A stretch of 64,000 bases of DNA from Chitinophaga pinensis (GTDB taxonomy: Bacteria > Cyanobacteriota > Cyanobacteriia > PCC-6307 > Cyanobiaceae), in NCBI GenBank assembly GCA_943371245.1, contig CALRTY020000007.1:46977-110976 (forward strand), given 5' to 3'. The position numbers and the translations under genes are program-made. The notes beneath the pieces are model-generated. The model was not told where the DNA came from and did no database searches. It was given only the letters and a program-made list of their open reading frames with translations. Positions 51,601 to 60,969 of this stretch are shown here, in pieces (positions within the stretch are counted from its first letter, which is position 1; every line of letters begins with the position of its first letter).

Positions 51601-52018
51601 GTTAAACAGGTTTCCCTTCTAGCCCTTGGGCCAAGCGCCCTGACAACTGGGGTTTCGCTAGCGGGAACCCCGGCAAATGAGGAAAAGGCGAGCCACCAGC
51701 CAACCAGGTATTTAAATCAAATTAAATTCCAGTCTGTTCGCTTGCATCAAATTCATCCGAGTCTAATTCGGCCGAGCCCAGGCAAGCGAGTCTAGTTCAC
51801 TTGAACCCTATTTGCCTGGACCCAATGCAGCAGCGCAAAATTTGCTGGCATCGCCCAGGTCAATCAAATCACCTCATCCAATAACCATCCAGTAGCCACC
51901 AACCATTTACAGGCTCAATGGTCATCACGCAACCGCCAACGGATTCCATGCCCCGTGGCCATAATCTAGACAGCAACCACTAACACCCGCTCATTTTCTC
52001 TCCGTTTGATCCCTTTAC

Positions 52019-53050
52019 ATGGCGTCCACAATCAAAGTGGCGGCCGCACAGATTCGGCCGGTACTACATAGCCTTCAGGGTTCCCTGGCCCGATTGCTGG
52101 AGGCGATGGCGGCAGCCGCCAAGGCGGGGGTAGAGCTGATCGTGTTCCCCGAAACCTTTCTGCCCTACTACCCCTACTTCTCCTTTGTGGAGCCAGCGTT
52201 GCTGATGGGGCCTTCCCATCTGCGCCTCTACGACCAAGCGATGGAGGTACCCGGTGCGGAGCTGAGTGAGATCGCCGCCGCCGCCCGCCAATACGGCATG
52301 CATGTGCTGCTGGGCATCAACGAGCGCGATGGCGGCAGCCTCTACAACAGCCAACTGCTGATCGATGCCAGCGGCGAGCTGGTGTTGAAGCGACGCAAAC
52401 TCACCCCCACCTACCACGAGCGGATGCTGTGGGGCCAAGGGGACGGCTCTGGCCTGAAAGTGGTGACCACAGAGCTGGGGCGCATCGGTGCCCTGGCCTG
52501 CTGGGAGCACTACAACCCACTGGCGAGATTTGCGCTGATGGCCCAGGGGGAGGAGATCCACTGCGCCCAATTCCCCGGCTCGCTGGTGGGGCCGATCTTC
52601 AGCGAACAAACCGCCGTCACCATGCGCCACCACGCCCTGGAGGCCGGCTGTTTTGTGGTCTGTTCCACCGCCTGGTTGGATCCGAGCGACTACTCCCAGA
52701 TCACAGCCGACACCAGCCTGCACCGGGCCTTTCAAGGGGGTTGCCACACGGCGGTGATCAGTCCGGAAGGCCGCTACCTGGCCGGCCCCCTGCCGGAGGG
52801 GGAGGGGCTGGCGATCGCTGAATTGGACCGCTCCTTAATCACCAAACGCAAGCGAATGATGGACAGCGTTGGGCACTACAGCAGGCCAGACCTGCTCAGC
52901 CTGCAAATCAACCGCAGGGCCAACAGTCAAATGCAGGATTTAGCAATTGGCCTTGATCAAGCAATGCCAATTGGGCCAGAGTCCATAAGCGCTGGCCTAA
53001 CTGGCTGTGGTGGCCCGGCCGCCCCTGGGGCGGAGCTGCACCATGGCTGA
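52019..53050 (+). CDS. nitrilase (Nit1C / Nit6803-type)
   Basis: Catalytic E-K-C contexts [31 protein letters not shown]. Confidence 0.9.
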   Translation: MASTIKVAAAQIRPVLHSLQGSLARLLEAMAAAAKAGVELIVFPETFLPYYPYFSFVEPALLMGPSHLRLYDQAMEVPGAELSEIAAAARQYGMHVLLGINERDGGSLYNSQLLIDASGELVLKRRKLTPTYHERMLWGQGDGSGLKVVTTELGRIGALACWEHYNPLARFALMAQGEEIHCAQFPGSLVGPIFSEQTAVTMRHHALEAGCFVVCSTAWLDPSDYSQITADTSLHRAFQGGCHTAVISPEGRYLAGPLPEGEGLAIAELDRSLITKRKRMMDSVGHYSRPDLLSLQINRRANSQMQDLAIGLDQAMPIGPESISAGLTGCGGPAAPGAELHHG

Positions 53051-54137
53051 CCTGGCCCGACTGGTGACCGAACTGCAGGTGCAGGGGGTGGTGGATGGCG
53101 CCGTAGCGGGCAACCAGGGACGGCGGGGCGGCGCTGGCCCCTCCGATCACCGGGCGCTCACAATCGAAGGCACCACGGTGATGGTGCCCGTCTACAACGC
53201 CCTATCACGGCAGTCGCCTTACAGCATTGACCAGGGGGCCGATGGGCAGGTGCGATTGGCGGCGGACGCCGGGGCGCCATTAGCCCGGGTGGAGACTCCG
53301 GCGGAGCCGCGCTTCTACGGGCTGACTACGGCGGAGGGCATTCCTTACCGCTCGATTGCGCTAATGCATGGCAAATCGGTGCTGGCCACCACCCTGTTGC
53401 AAACCTGTATCCGCTTTCGCGATCGCAGCCAGTCGTGCCAGTTCTGCGCCATTGAGCAGTCGCTGGAGGCTGGCCGCACCCTGGTGCGCAAAACCCCGGA
53501 GCAGGTGGCGGAGGTGGCTGAGGCGGCGGTGCGGCTAGATGGCATCAGCCAACTGGTGATGACAACTGGTACGCCCAACAGCGAAGACCGGGGGGCCAGG
53601 CTGATGGCCGAAACTGCGGCGGCTGTGAAGGCGAGGGTGGCGATCCCGATCCAGGGGCAGTGTGAGCCGCCGGAGGATCCGATCTGGTATCGGCGCATGA
53701 AAGAGGCCGGCATCGACAGCCTCGGCATGCATCTGGAGGTGGTGGAAGAGGAGGTGCGGCGGCGGATTTTGCCAGGTAAATCAGAACTGACCCTGGAGCG
53801 CTACGAACAGGCTTTTGCCGAGGCGGTGGCGGTATTTGGCCGGGGCCAGGTTTCCACCTATTTGTTGGCGGGTTTAGGTGACAGTGCCGCCAGCTTGATC
53901 GCCTGCAGTGGCCGCTTGATAGAAATTGGTGTCTACCCATTTGTGGTGCCATTTGTGCCGATTGCCGGCACGCCACTGGCGGACCATCCCGCCCCCTCCA
54001 CTGCATTCATGATCGAGGTATATACGGAGGTTGCTAAATTGCTGAAGGCGTCAAATATGCGCTCCGACCAGATGGCAGCTGGCTGCGCCAAGTGCGGCGC
54101 CTGCTCGGCCCTTTCTCTATTTGAACAGGAGGGCTGA
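53043..54137 (+). CDS. radical-SAM-family protein, MSMEG_0568-like
   Basis: ATG 53043 overlaps the nitrilase stop by 8 nt. Cys cluster [16 protein letters not shown] (C-x9-C-x2-C, not the canonical C-x3-C-x2-C). Assignment rests on length and context. Confidence 0.7.
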   Translation: MADLARLVTELQVQGVVDGAVAGNQGRRGGAGPSDHRALTIEGTTVMVPVYNALSRQSPYSIDQGADGQVRLAADAGAPLARVETPAEPRFYGLTTAEGIPYRSIALMHGKSVLATTLLQTCIRFRDRSQSCQFCAIEQSLEAGRTLVRKTPEQVAEVAEAAVRLDGISQLVMTTGTPNSEDRGARLMAETAAAVKARVAIPIQGQCEPPEDPIWYRRMKEAGIDSLGMHLEVVEEEVRRRILPGKSELTLERYEQAFAEAVAVFGRGQVSTYLLAGLGDSAASLIACSGRLIEIGVYPFVVPFVPIAGTPLADHPAPSTAFMIEVYTEVAKLLKASNMRSDQMAAGCAKCGACSALSLFEQEG

Positions 54138-54142
54138 TCGCG

Positions 54143-54814
54143 ATGTTTTTTATCGATCCCAGCAGTCACGAGATCGGCCGCAGTCCTAGTTCAGCCCCGG
54201 CGGCATTTACGCCATCGGTACGCTGGGGCATCGGCATAGATGCCGATGACTTTCGCCTCTCCCCCACCGCCAGCTCCGAGCGGTTTTCCTTTCATCTGCT
54301 GCGGTCTAGCTCGCCGCTATTGGCCGGTTACTGGCAATTACGTAGCGATATATTTTGCCAAGAACAGCATTTGTTTGAAGCGTCAGACCGTGATGAGCTA
54401 GATAAAATTGCCTATCCGATTGTGGCGATCAACCACGCTCTGGCCCCGGAACAGGTAAAGGGGCAAGCCCTGGGGCAGGTTCAGGCACAGGGGCAAGCAG
54501 TGGGGGTGGTAAGGATTTTGGAGCAGAGTCCCAGGGTATGGTATGGCGGCAGATTGGGGGTTGATATCAACTTCCGGCGCCACAACCAAATTGGCAAGGG
54601 CCTGATCTGGAAGGCGGTTACCACGGCGAATGGCTGGGGGTGCGATCAATTTTTAGCAACAGTGCAACAGCAAAATGTGCGCTTCTTTCAGCGGCTGCAT
54701 TGGCAGTCAATAGAGCAATTAGAAATTCGCGGCGTGGCCCATCAGCTGATGCAAGCGGATTTGAGCTATTACCAGCCCGCCCGCGAATGCCGCCCCGCCC
54801 TGGTGGCGGCATGA
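54143..54814 (+). CDS. GNAT N-acetyltransferase, Sll0786/MSMEG_0567-like
   Basis: YWQLRSDIFCQEQHLF...GVVRI...GRLGVDINFRRHNQIGKGLI...VQQQNVRFFQRLHW resembles an acyl-CoA N-acyltransferase fold. Has a small Q/G-rich repeat insertion. Confidence 0.7.
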   Translation: MFFIDPSSHEIGRSPSSAPAAFTPSVRWGIGIDADDFRLSPTASSERFSFHLLRSSSPLLAGYWQLRSDIFCQEQHLFEASDRDELDKIAYPIVAINHALAPEQVKGQALGQVQAQGQAVGVVRILEQSPRVWYGGRLGVDINFRRHNQIGKGLIWKAVTTANGWGCDQFLATVQQQNVRFFQRLHWQSIEQLEIRGVAHQLMQADLSYYQPARECRPALVAA

Positions 54815-55800
54815 CGGCCCCGGCCCTGGAGGCGATCTGCCAGCGGCTGAAGGCCCAGGCTGGCCTGCGCAGCAAGGCCGACATCCGGTCGGCAGCCCGC
54901 AGTTTTGAGCATCTGCCCTTTCCAGAACTGGGGGCAGCGGCGGCCCTGGGCGACGATGCGGCACTGCTGCCGGCGGTGGGGGGCCAGTTGCTGCTGGCCT
55001 GTGAAGGGCTGCATCCGGAGCTGGTGGAGGAGGACCCCTGGTTTGCCGGTTGGAGTGGCGTATTGGTGAATCTGAGCGATATCGCCGCCATGGGCGGTAG
55101 ACCTCTGGCGGTGGTGAATAGCCTCTGGTGCAAAGACCACCACCAGGCCGAACAGCTGCTGGCGGGCATGCGCCGCGCCTCCGACTGCTTCCAGGTGCCG
55201 GTGGTGGGGGGCCACAGCAATTTGCGCAGTCCGTATAACGCGCTATCGGTGGCGGTGCTGGGCAGCAGTGGCCCCCGGGTGCTGTCAGCGAGGGCGGCAA
55301 GACCGGGCCAATTGTGTTGCCTATTGATCAACACCAACGGCGAATTTTATCGCCACTATCCGTTTTGGGATGCGGCCACCAAGGCCGAACCAAAGCTGCT
55401 GCGAGAGCACCTGGAATTGATGGCCCAGCTGGCGGCCCAGGGCCTGGTGCTAGCCGCCAAGGACATCAGCATGGGGGGGCTGGTGGGCACCGGAGCGATG
55501 TTCGCCGAGGCGGCCGGTTGCCGGCTGAGCCTGGAGCTGGAGGCGATCCTGCCGCCCGCTGGCGTGGCGCTGGAGGCCTGGCTGAGCTGTTTTCCCAGCT
55601 ATGGCTACCTGCTGGCTGTGGAGCCGCCCCAATTAGAGCGATTACACAAATTGCTGCGCAACTACCCAGACCTGCACTGCGGCACCATCGGCCACTTCAA
55701 GCCAGGCGACAGCGAACTGGAACTGCGCCAGGGGGGCCACAGCTACAGCCTATGGAGCGGCCGCGAGCCGCTCACCGGCTTTGGCGCCCTGACCACCTGA
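54811..55800 (+). CDS. AIR-synthase-related protein, Sll0787-like
   Basis: ATGA overlap with the GNAT stop. LGDDAALLPA and SDIAAMGGRP motifs of the PurM/ThiL/HypE/SelD superfamily. Confidence 0.8.
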   Translation: MTAPALEAICQRLKAQAGLRSKADIRSAARSFEHLPFPELGAAAALGDDAALLPAVGGQLLLACEGLHPELVEEDPWFAGWSGVLVNLSDIAAMGGRPLAVVNSLWCKDHHQAEQLLAGMRRASDCFQVPVVGGHSNLRSPYNALSVAVLGSSGPRVLSARAARPGQLCCLLINTNGEFYRHYPFWDAATKAEPKLLREHLELMAQLAAQGLVLAAKDISMGGLVGTGAMFAEAAGCRLSLELEAILPPAGVALEAWLSCFPSYGYLLAVEPPQLERLHKLLRNYPDLHCGTIGHFKPGDSELELRQGGHSYSLWSGREPLTGFGALTT

Positions 55801-55821
55801 ACACTTTTGCGCAATCACAAT

Positions 55822-56060
55822 CCATTCACTTATGCTTAATTTACCCATGACTAATTTGCCCATGCTCAATTAGCCTATGGTCCATTCACTTGAAGCGCAT
55901 TCACCCATGACCTAATCGACCGCACCCTGCTCGCTTACCGTCTATTTGCCTGGAGTCTATTCGCCTCCGACTTGCTCGCTTACGGCCTATCCGCCTGCAG
56001 GATGCTCACTTACGGTATATTCACTTAAGATTTGCTCACCCCACTTTATTTGCGCAATCC
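55822..56060. repeat. ~16 units of a ~15-bp degenerate tandem array
   Basis: CCATTCACTTATGCT TAATTTACCCATGAC TAATTTGCCCATGCT CAATTAGCCTATGGT CCATTCACTTGAAGCG ... read directly. Confidence 0.8.
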
Positions 56061-56067
56061 CACTCCC

Positions 56068-56346
56068 ATGCCAGAAGTAATACTGCAACTGCAATGGCCT
56101 GACGGCCGCAGCAGTGAGCTCTATTCCCCTTCCACCAGTATCCTCCACCACCTGCAACCAGGCCAAACCCTAAGCGTAGCCGAACTGCAAACCAGGGCGA
56201 TGCTTGGCCTGGAACAGGCCAGTGAAAGGGTGCGCGCCCGCTACGGCTTTGCCTGCACCCGCACCAACGAAGAATGGCGCAAGCTACAGATCAGCGCCGC
56301 CAGCTACAGCCCAGATCAAAGCGTAATGATTACTGGCCAGCGCTGA
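56068..56346 (+). CDS. small MSMEG_0570-like protein (Nit1C cluster member)
   Basis: 92 aa from ATG 56068: MPEVILQLQWPDGRSSELYSPS...RVRARYGFACTRT. Assigned mainly by size and neighbourhood. Confidence 0.55.
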   Translation: MPEVILQLQWPDGRSSELYSPSTSILHHLQPGQTLSVAELQTRAMLGLEQASERVRARYGFACTRTNEEWRKLQISAASYSPDQSVMITGQR

Positions 56347-56349
56347 ACC

Positions 56350-56560
56350 GACTAGAGCTGAAGTAACTAGAGTTAAATTGGCTAGAGCTTAATTTGCCAG
56401 AGTTAAACTGGCTATAGCTATAATGGCTATAGTTGTAATGGCTAGTCAAAGCGGCTAGAATTGAGACTGCCAGAACTGAAGTAGATATATCTAAAGTGAC
56501 TAGAACTGAGGCGCCTAGGACTAAAGTATCTAGAACTAAAGCATCTAGAGTTGAAATACA
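56350..56560. repeat. ~14 units of a ~15-bp degenerate tandem array (core CTAGAr)
   Basis: CTAGAGTTAAATTGG CTAGAGCTTAATTTGC CAGAGTTAAACTGG CTATAGCTATAATGG CTATAGTTGTAATGG ... read directly. Confidence 0.85.
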
Positions 56561-56742
56561 GGGGATTTCGCACAATCGCACTCAATATACATATGGCAAT
56601 CATCCTGGCCTTACAAGCTACATCTTTCAGATCTTGGCAGCCATTCAAGTGGCCTCTTGACAGCCCATGTCGAAGCCCTGATTTACTGCGGCAGTTCTCC
56701 GATTTACCGCGGTTAAGTTCAAGAGCTGGTCCTAGATTGTCA

Positions 56743-57426
56743 TCACTCCTTGGCAGGGTCGGTAAACCTAGACACCGGGTTGGTGCAGCGATGCAGCGTG
56801 GCGGCCCGAATCAGTTCGGCTCCGCTCAGCGACAACTTGGCGCTGATGTGTTTGCGGTAGGTCTCCACCGTGTGCACGCTCAGGCCCAGGGCCTGGGCGA
56901 TCTCTTTATTGAGCAAACCCCGACCCAGCGCCTGAAACACCCGCAACTCGCGAGGAGCGAGCTGATCCACCTGCAGGCGCCATTGCGGGTTGCTCATGTG
57001 CGATCGGCGCGGACTGGCCTCCTGCATGCGGGTCACCATCCGCACCAGGTCATCCCAGTCGTGGTGCTTATCCACAATTCCCAGCAGGATTGGCTGAAAT
57101 TCGGGCGGGGACAGAAACTGCTCGCTCACATCAGTGATCACGATCAGCCGACCATCTGGATTCCGTTGGCGCAGCGCCGCCGCCGCATCCTGCCAAGTCT
57201 GCCCCTGCTCGCTTTCACAATGGACATCCAGGAGCAGCAGATCAGGCGGCGAGTGGTCGATGAAGGCAATCGCCTGGGCCACGGAGGAAAACACCCCCAC
57301 CAACTCCAGAGAGCAGTGCTCGGCCAGCAAACCGCCCACGGCCTGCCCCACCAAACGCTGACGATCGAGCACGAGACAGGTTAAGGCCGGCAGACCCTCG
57401 TTGTGTAAATCCCATGGCAGTGACAT
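56743..57426 (-). CDS. NarL/FixJ-type response regulator (receiver + LuxR HTH)
   Basis: From ATG 57426: receiver with DLLLLDV (acceptor Asp), IVITD, GIVDK. C-terminal LAPRELRVFQALGRGLLNKEIAQALGLSVHTVETYRKHI. Confidence 0.8.
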   Translation of the reverse strand: MSLPWDLHNEGLPALTCLVLDRQRLVGQAVGGLLAEHCSLELVGVFSSVAQAIAFIDHSPPDLLLLDVHCESEQGQTWQDAAAALRQRNPDGRLIVITDVSEQFLSPPEFQPILLGIVDKHHDWDDLVRMVTRMQEASPRRSHMSNPQWRLQVDQLAPRELRVFQALGRGLLNKEIAQALGLSVHTVETYRKHISAKLSLSGAELIRAATLHRCTNPVSRFTDPAKE

Positions 57427-57455
57427 CTGGTTGGGCGGGTCGGCGGGTGGACGAG

Positions 57456-57493
57456 TGGGTGGGTGGGTGGGTGGGTGGGTGGGTGGGTGGGGG
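57456..57493. repeat. (TGGG)9 microsatellite, G-quadruplex-capable
   Basis: Read directly, 30-67 nt upstream of the response-regulator ATG. G-rich on the plus strand, CCCA-rich on the coding strand. Confidence 0.9.
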
Positions 57494-57628
57494 TGAGGTT
57501 GCGGCTGAGGGGCCTCATACATTCATGGCAACTTCCAGGACTCACCAATGTGGGAAGCTAAAAATAGGGACCTTTACTACAGCAATCCCGTGGCACGACA
57601 CTGACTGTTGTCCTCCGATCCGGTCAAG

Positions 57629-57802
57629 ATGGCTGCATATTCTTCCCAAACGGCATTGGCTTTTCGCGCTCCACGCCGAATCACAATCACACTGCCTCAC
57701 AACGCTTTCTGTGATTTGCAGCAGCGCTGTGACGACGAGGGGCGCTCCCTCAGCAACCTGGCAGCCTATCTGTTGGAGACCGCGTTAAAAACGCTGGTTT
57801 AA
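57629..57802 (+). CDS. ribbon-helix-helix (CopG/Arc-like) small protein
   Basis: RRITITLPHNAFCDLQQRCDDEGRSLSNLAAYLLETAL shows a beta-strand/helix/helix pattern. ATG 57629. Confidence 0.5.
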   Translation: MAAYSSQTALAFRAPRRITITLPHNAFCDLQQRCDDEGRSLSNLAAYLLETALKTLV

Positions 57803-58352
57803 CCAACGCTTTTGTGGCGGGATGGTTGCTTTGGTTGAATGGTTAAACTTCGCCCCCCGTTTCGGCTGCGCCGAACCGGAGGGTATGAGGGTCTACGTCC
57901 TTTTTTTAAGCTTGCCAGATTGCTGCTGGCAAGCATTCCACTGCCGCCCAGGCCGCAGGCCAGTTGCTGGCAGCCACGCTGGTGCCGATCGGCGATGGCG
58001 ACATTGTTCAGGTCAAAGCCCCAGGCCTGAGGCAGTTAATAGCATCAAACTCCATCGATTCCGCCAATCATATAATTGCCAATCGAGCCCCTGGCACCAA
58101 GAGCCGCCGCTCCAATCTAGATCTGTGGATCCGCATGCCGGATCAATGGCAAACAAAGTAGTTGCAGTTCAAGAAAACCGACTGCCCGGGCTAGAAGCTG
58201 GCCGATCACTGACGACCCGTAAATCCGTAGATTCACAGCCAAAGCGAGCTGTAGTTCAGGCGCCATGGCCGACAGAATGCGACCATCCAGTCTTCCACTA
58301 TTGAGATATCTTGTATCGTAATCGCCTGGGCGGCCCTAGTTCGGTAAAACCG

Positions 58353-59513
58353 ATGAAAATTGTACTGGCGCCGGATTCCTTCAAAGGTTCGATGACAGCC
58401 ATGGAGGTGTGCGAAGCCTTCCGCGAGGGCATCTCGCGGGTGCTGCCCAATGCTGAGGTGATCTCCCTACCCATGGCCGACGGCGGTGAGGGCACTGCGG
58501 AGGCCCTGGTTGCCGCTACAGGCGGTGATATGCGTTCATTCGAGGCTACCGGCCCGCTGCCGAGCGACCGCCTGAAGGTGCCTGGCCAAATCGGCCTGAT
58601 CAATGGGGGGGGCACGGCGGTGCTTGACATGGCCTCTGTCTCCGGCCTGCCCCTCGTGCCCGATGCCAAGCGCAATCCAATGCATACCACCAGCTACGGC
58701 ACGGGGGAGCTGCTCAGCGCCGCCTTGGCCATGGGGGCGAGGCATTTGATCCTGGGGATCGGCGGCTCGGCCACGAACGACCTGGGCGCTGGCATGGCCC
58801 AGGCGCTGGGCATCAAGTTTCTGCGCGCTGATGGCAGTGAGATCCGCGAACCGATCACTGGCGGCCTATTGGCCGAGCTAGCCAGCATCGACTTATCGCA
58901 GCTCCATCCGGCCGTTAAGAGCAGTCGGATTGAGGTGGCATGCGATGTGGACAACCCCCTACTGGGCCCGCGGGGCTGCACTGCCATGTTCGGCCCGCAG
59001 AAGGGGGCGACGCCCCAGATTATCGACGAGCTAGAGGCAAACCTGGCCAGGGCGATTGACGTGATCGAGAAAGCAATTGGCCGAGAAGTACGCCATCAAC
59101 CGGGCGCCGGCGCCGCCGGAGGCTTGGGTGCCGGGCTTTTGGCTTTCCTGGGCGCCGAATTGCGGCCGGGTATTCGAATCATGCTCGATGCCTGCGGCTT
59201 TGCCAAAAAAGTAGACGGCGCCGATCTTGTGCTCACCGGTGAAGGGCGGATTGACCACCAAACTGCCTGCGGTAAAACCATTAGTGGCGTGGCCCTTGCG
59301 TCCCAGCGCTACGGCGTACCGGTGGTGGCAATTGTCGGCAGTATTGGTCTTGGCGTAGACAACCTATATCCGCTTGGCGTAACGAGTATGTTTACTTTGG
59401 TTCCTGGGCCAGTGAGCCTGGATGAAGCGATGGGGCAGGGTAAGCGAATGCTCGCCGATACAACCGAGCGAGTGTTGCGATTGCTGGTCTCCGCCCACCC
59501 AAAAGCCATTTAG
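58353..59513 (+). CDS. glxK: glycerate kinase
   Basis: MKIVLAPDSFKGSMTAMEVCEAF...PMADGGEGT...GIGGSATND...LVLTGEGRID. Confidence 0.9.
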   Translation: MKIVLAPDSFKGSMTAMEVCEAFREGISRVLPNAEVISLPMADGGEGTAEALVAATGGDMRSFEATGPLPSDRLKVPGQIGLINGGGTAVLDMASVSGLPLVPDAKRNPMHTTSYGTGELLSAALAMGARHLILGIGGSATNDLGAGMAQALGIKFLRADGSEIREPITGGLLAELASIDLSQLHPAVKSSRIEVACDVDNPLLGPRGCTAMFGPQKGATPQIIDELEANLARAIDVIEKAIGREVRHQPGAGAAGGLGAGLLAFLGAELRPGIRIMLDACGFAKKVDGADLVLTGEGRIDHQTACGKTISGVALASQRYGVPVVAIVGSIGLGVDNLYPLGVTSMFTLVPGPVSLDEAMGQGKRMLADTTERVLRLLVSAHPKAI

Positions 59514-59819
59514 CTAGCCACAAATCTCCGCCACAACTCCAGCCCCGACCCTGGAGTTGCCAACAGCCTCCAACGGCACTTTCCGGCCATTTAATGCAAG
59601 CGCAAGCTTAACTTGCGATCCATTAACGCAGTAAAATTCACGGCGCAAACAGCGCTTGTACGCCAACAGGGGCGAAGCAAGCGATGTTCCGACATGGGCC
59701 TGCACACCAATTCATCCGCCAGCCAGCCAGCCCATAAGTGCGTAAGTTTTCAAGTTTATCAATTTGTCAATTGATTTGATGATTTATATTGCCATTGGCG
59801 CTTGTTAGCTGACTGTGCT

Positions 59820-60956
59820 CTAGACTTTCTTAGTTGGCTGGGCCCTAGACTTTAATGGATATCCCATGCGCTCGCACAGGTGCCGCAGGGCACGCCGGGT
59901 GACTGCATCGCTTAGCTCGCCCTGGATTTCGTTGGGGATCGGTCGCCTTGATCGTGGCGCTATTGCATTATCTTTTCTGCCGCTATCTCCGCTTAGCTGA
60001 ATTTCCGCGAAATTATCGATAATCCTGGGATCGTAACCTAGGCGCAGTTCTTCACCAATCAGCTCTAGGAACCAGGCCGGTTCCCGACAGAAATCCTCGT
60101 AATAAAGCCAGGATTTATGCTCATAATGATTAAGAAATTGATCGTATCGTTGGCAATAGCTCAGCAGGCTGGGGGGGTGCAGTTGGCTCTGCCAGCCGGC
60201 ATGGCAGAGGCCCAGCCACGAATCTAGCGGGTGACGTAGAGTTACCACCGAGAAAACCCTAGATGATTGCGGTAGTTGACTAAGCAGAGTGGGCTGCTTT
60301 ACCCAGCTCGTCCCAACGCAGTAGTCACTATGGCTGTGGTCTCTTAGTAGTAGATCGCAGTGTGTTTCTCGACACCAATCGATCAACAGTGATAATTGAT
60401 CGTCAAACTCTCTGCGCCGCCACGGTTCTGGCAAGGGTGTTGAGCAGCGTTGCTCCAATAGAGCTACAGGATGACTAGGGTTGAATTTTTGGGAGTTGCG
60501 ATTTATTGGGTTAATTTCGCTGATCAGCATCACCTGCGGTAGTGCCGCCAGGCATTTACTGATTACGGTGCCGCCAGTGCAGGCAAAGTGATGAATCGTG
60601 CGAAGTGTTGGTCCGTACCCGGCCGCTGCTTCCTGCAGGCTCAATTGGTGTAGGTGGGCTCGTCTTTGGAGCTGGATAGCTGCCCTTTCTAGGCCAGCTG
60701 CCTGTAGTTCTTGCAGTAGTAAATCCAGCCAGCCCAGGACAGTACTGCCCCGCTGGCGACTGGCTGTCTTTGGCTGGAGCGTGGCCAGTTCCAGTTGTTC
60801 CTGGCGGGCCTGCATCAGGCTGGGGCCAAGCTGGTCGGCGCCCGGGAGGCATTCCAGATCGCAGTCTGGGGCCATGGCTGACAGCAGCAGTTGCAGCGAT
60901 TGTTTTGCCTGAAATGGCCAGCCCAGTAACCAGGAGCTGCGGGAGTCTGTGATCAC
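59820..60956 (-). CDS. sulfotransferase-fold protein (tentative)
   Basis: HHFACTGGTVISKCL (PAPS 5'-phosphosulfate-loop-like) and VVTLRHPLDSWLGL (3'-phosphate-motif-like RxPxDxxxS). Confidence 0.4.
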   Translation of the reverse strand: MITDSRSSWLLGWPFQAKQSLQLLLSAMAPDCDLECLPGADQLGPSLMQARQEQLELATLQPKTASRQRGSTVLGWLDLLLQELQAAGLERAAIQLQRRAHLHQLSLQEAAAGYGPTLRTIHHFACTGGTVISKCLAALPQVMLISEINPINRNSQKFNPSHPVALLEQRCSTPLPEPWRRREFDDQLSLLIDWCRETHCDLLLRDHSHSDYCVGTSWVKQPTLLSQLPQSSRVFSVVTLRHPLDSWLGLCHAGWQSQLHPPSLLSYCQRYDQFLNHYEHKSWLYYEDFCREPAWFLELIGEELRLGYDPRIIDNFAEIQLSGDSGRKDNAIAPRSRRPIPNEIQGELSDAVTRRALRHLCERMGYPLKSRAQPTKKV

Positions 60957-60969
60957 GGCAAAGGCTGCA

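Noticed and set aside
57822-58304. 160-aa plus-strand ORF between the RHH gene and glxK. Also minus-strand fragments (a 49-aa ORF MAPELQLALAVNLRIYG... and a Gly-zipper-like IGAAALGARGSIGNYMIGG in different frames)
   Set aside because: The plus ORF is Cys/Arg/Pro-rich and implausible. The minus-strand pieces might be a frameshifted relic of a small membrane protein, but I cannot assign a family or a continuous frame.
59534-59559. Hairpin CAACTCCAG-N8-CTGGAGTTG after glxK as a terminator
   Set aside because: The 9-bp stem is perfect but no T-tract follows on either strand, so it is not called as an intrinsic terminator.
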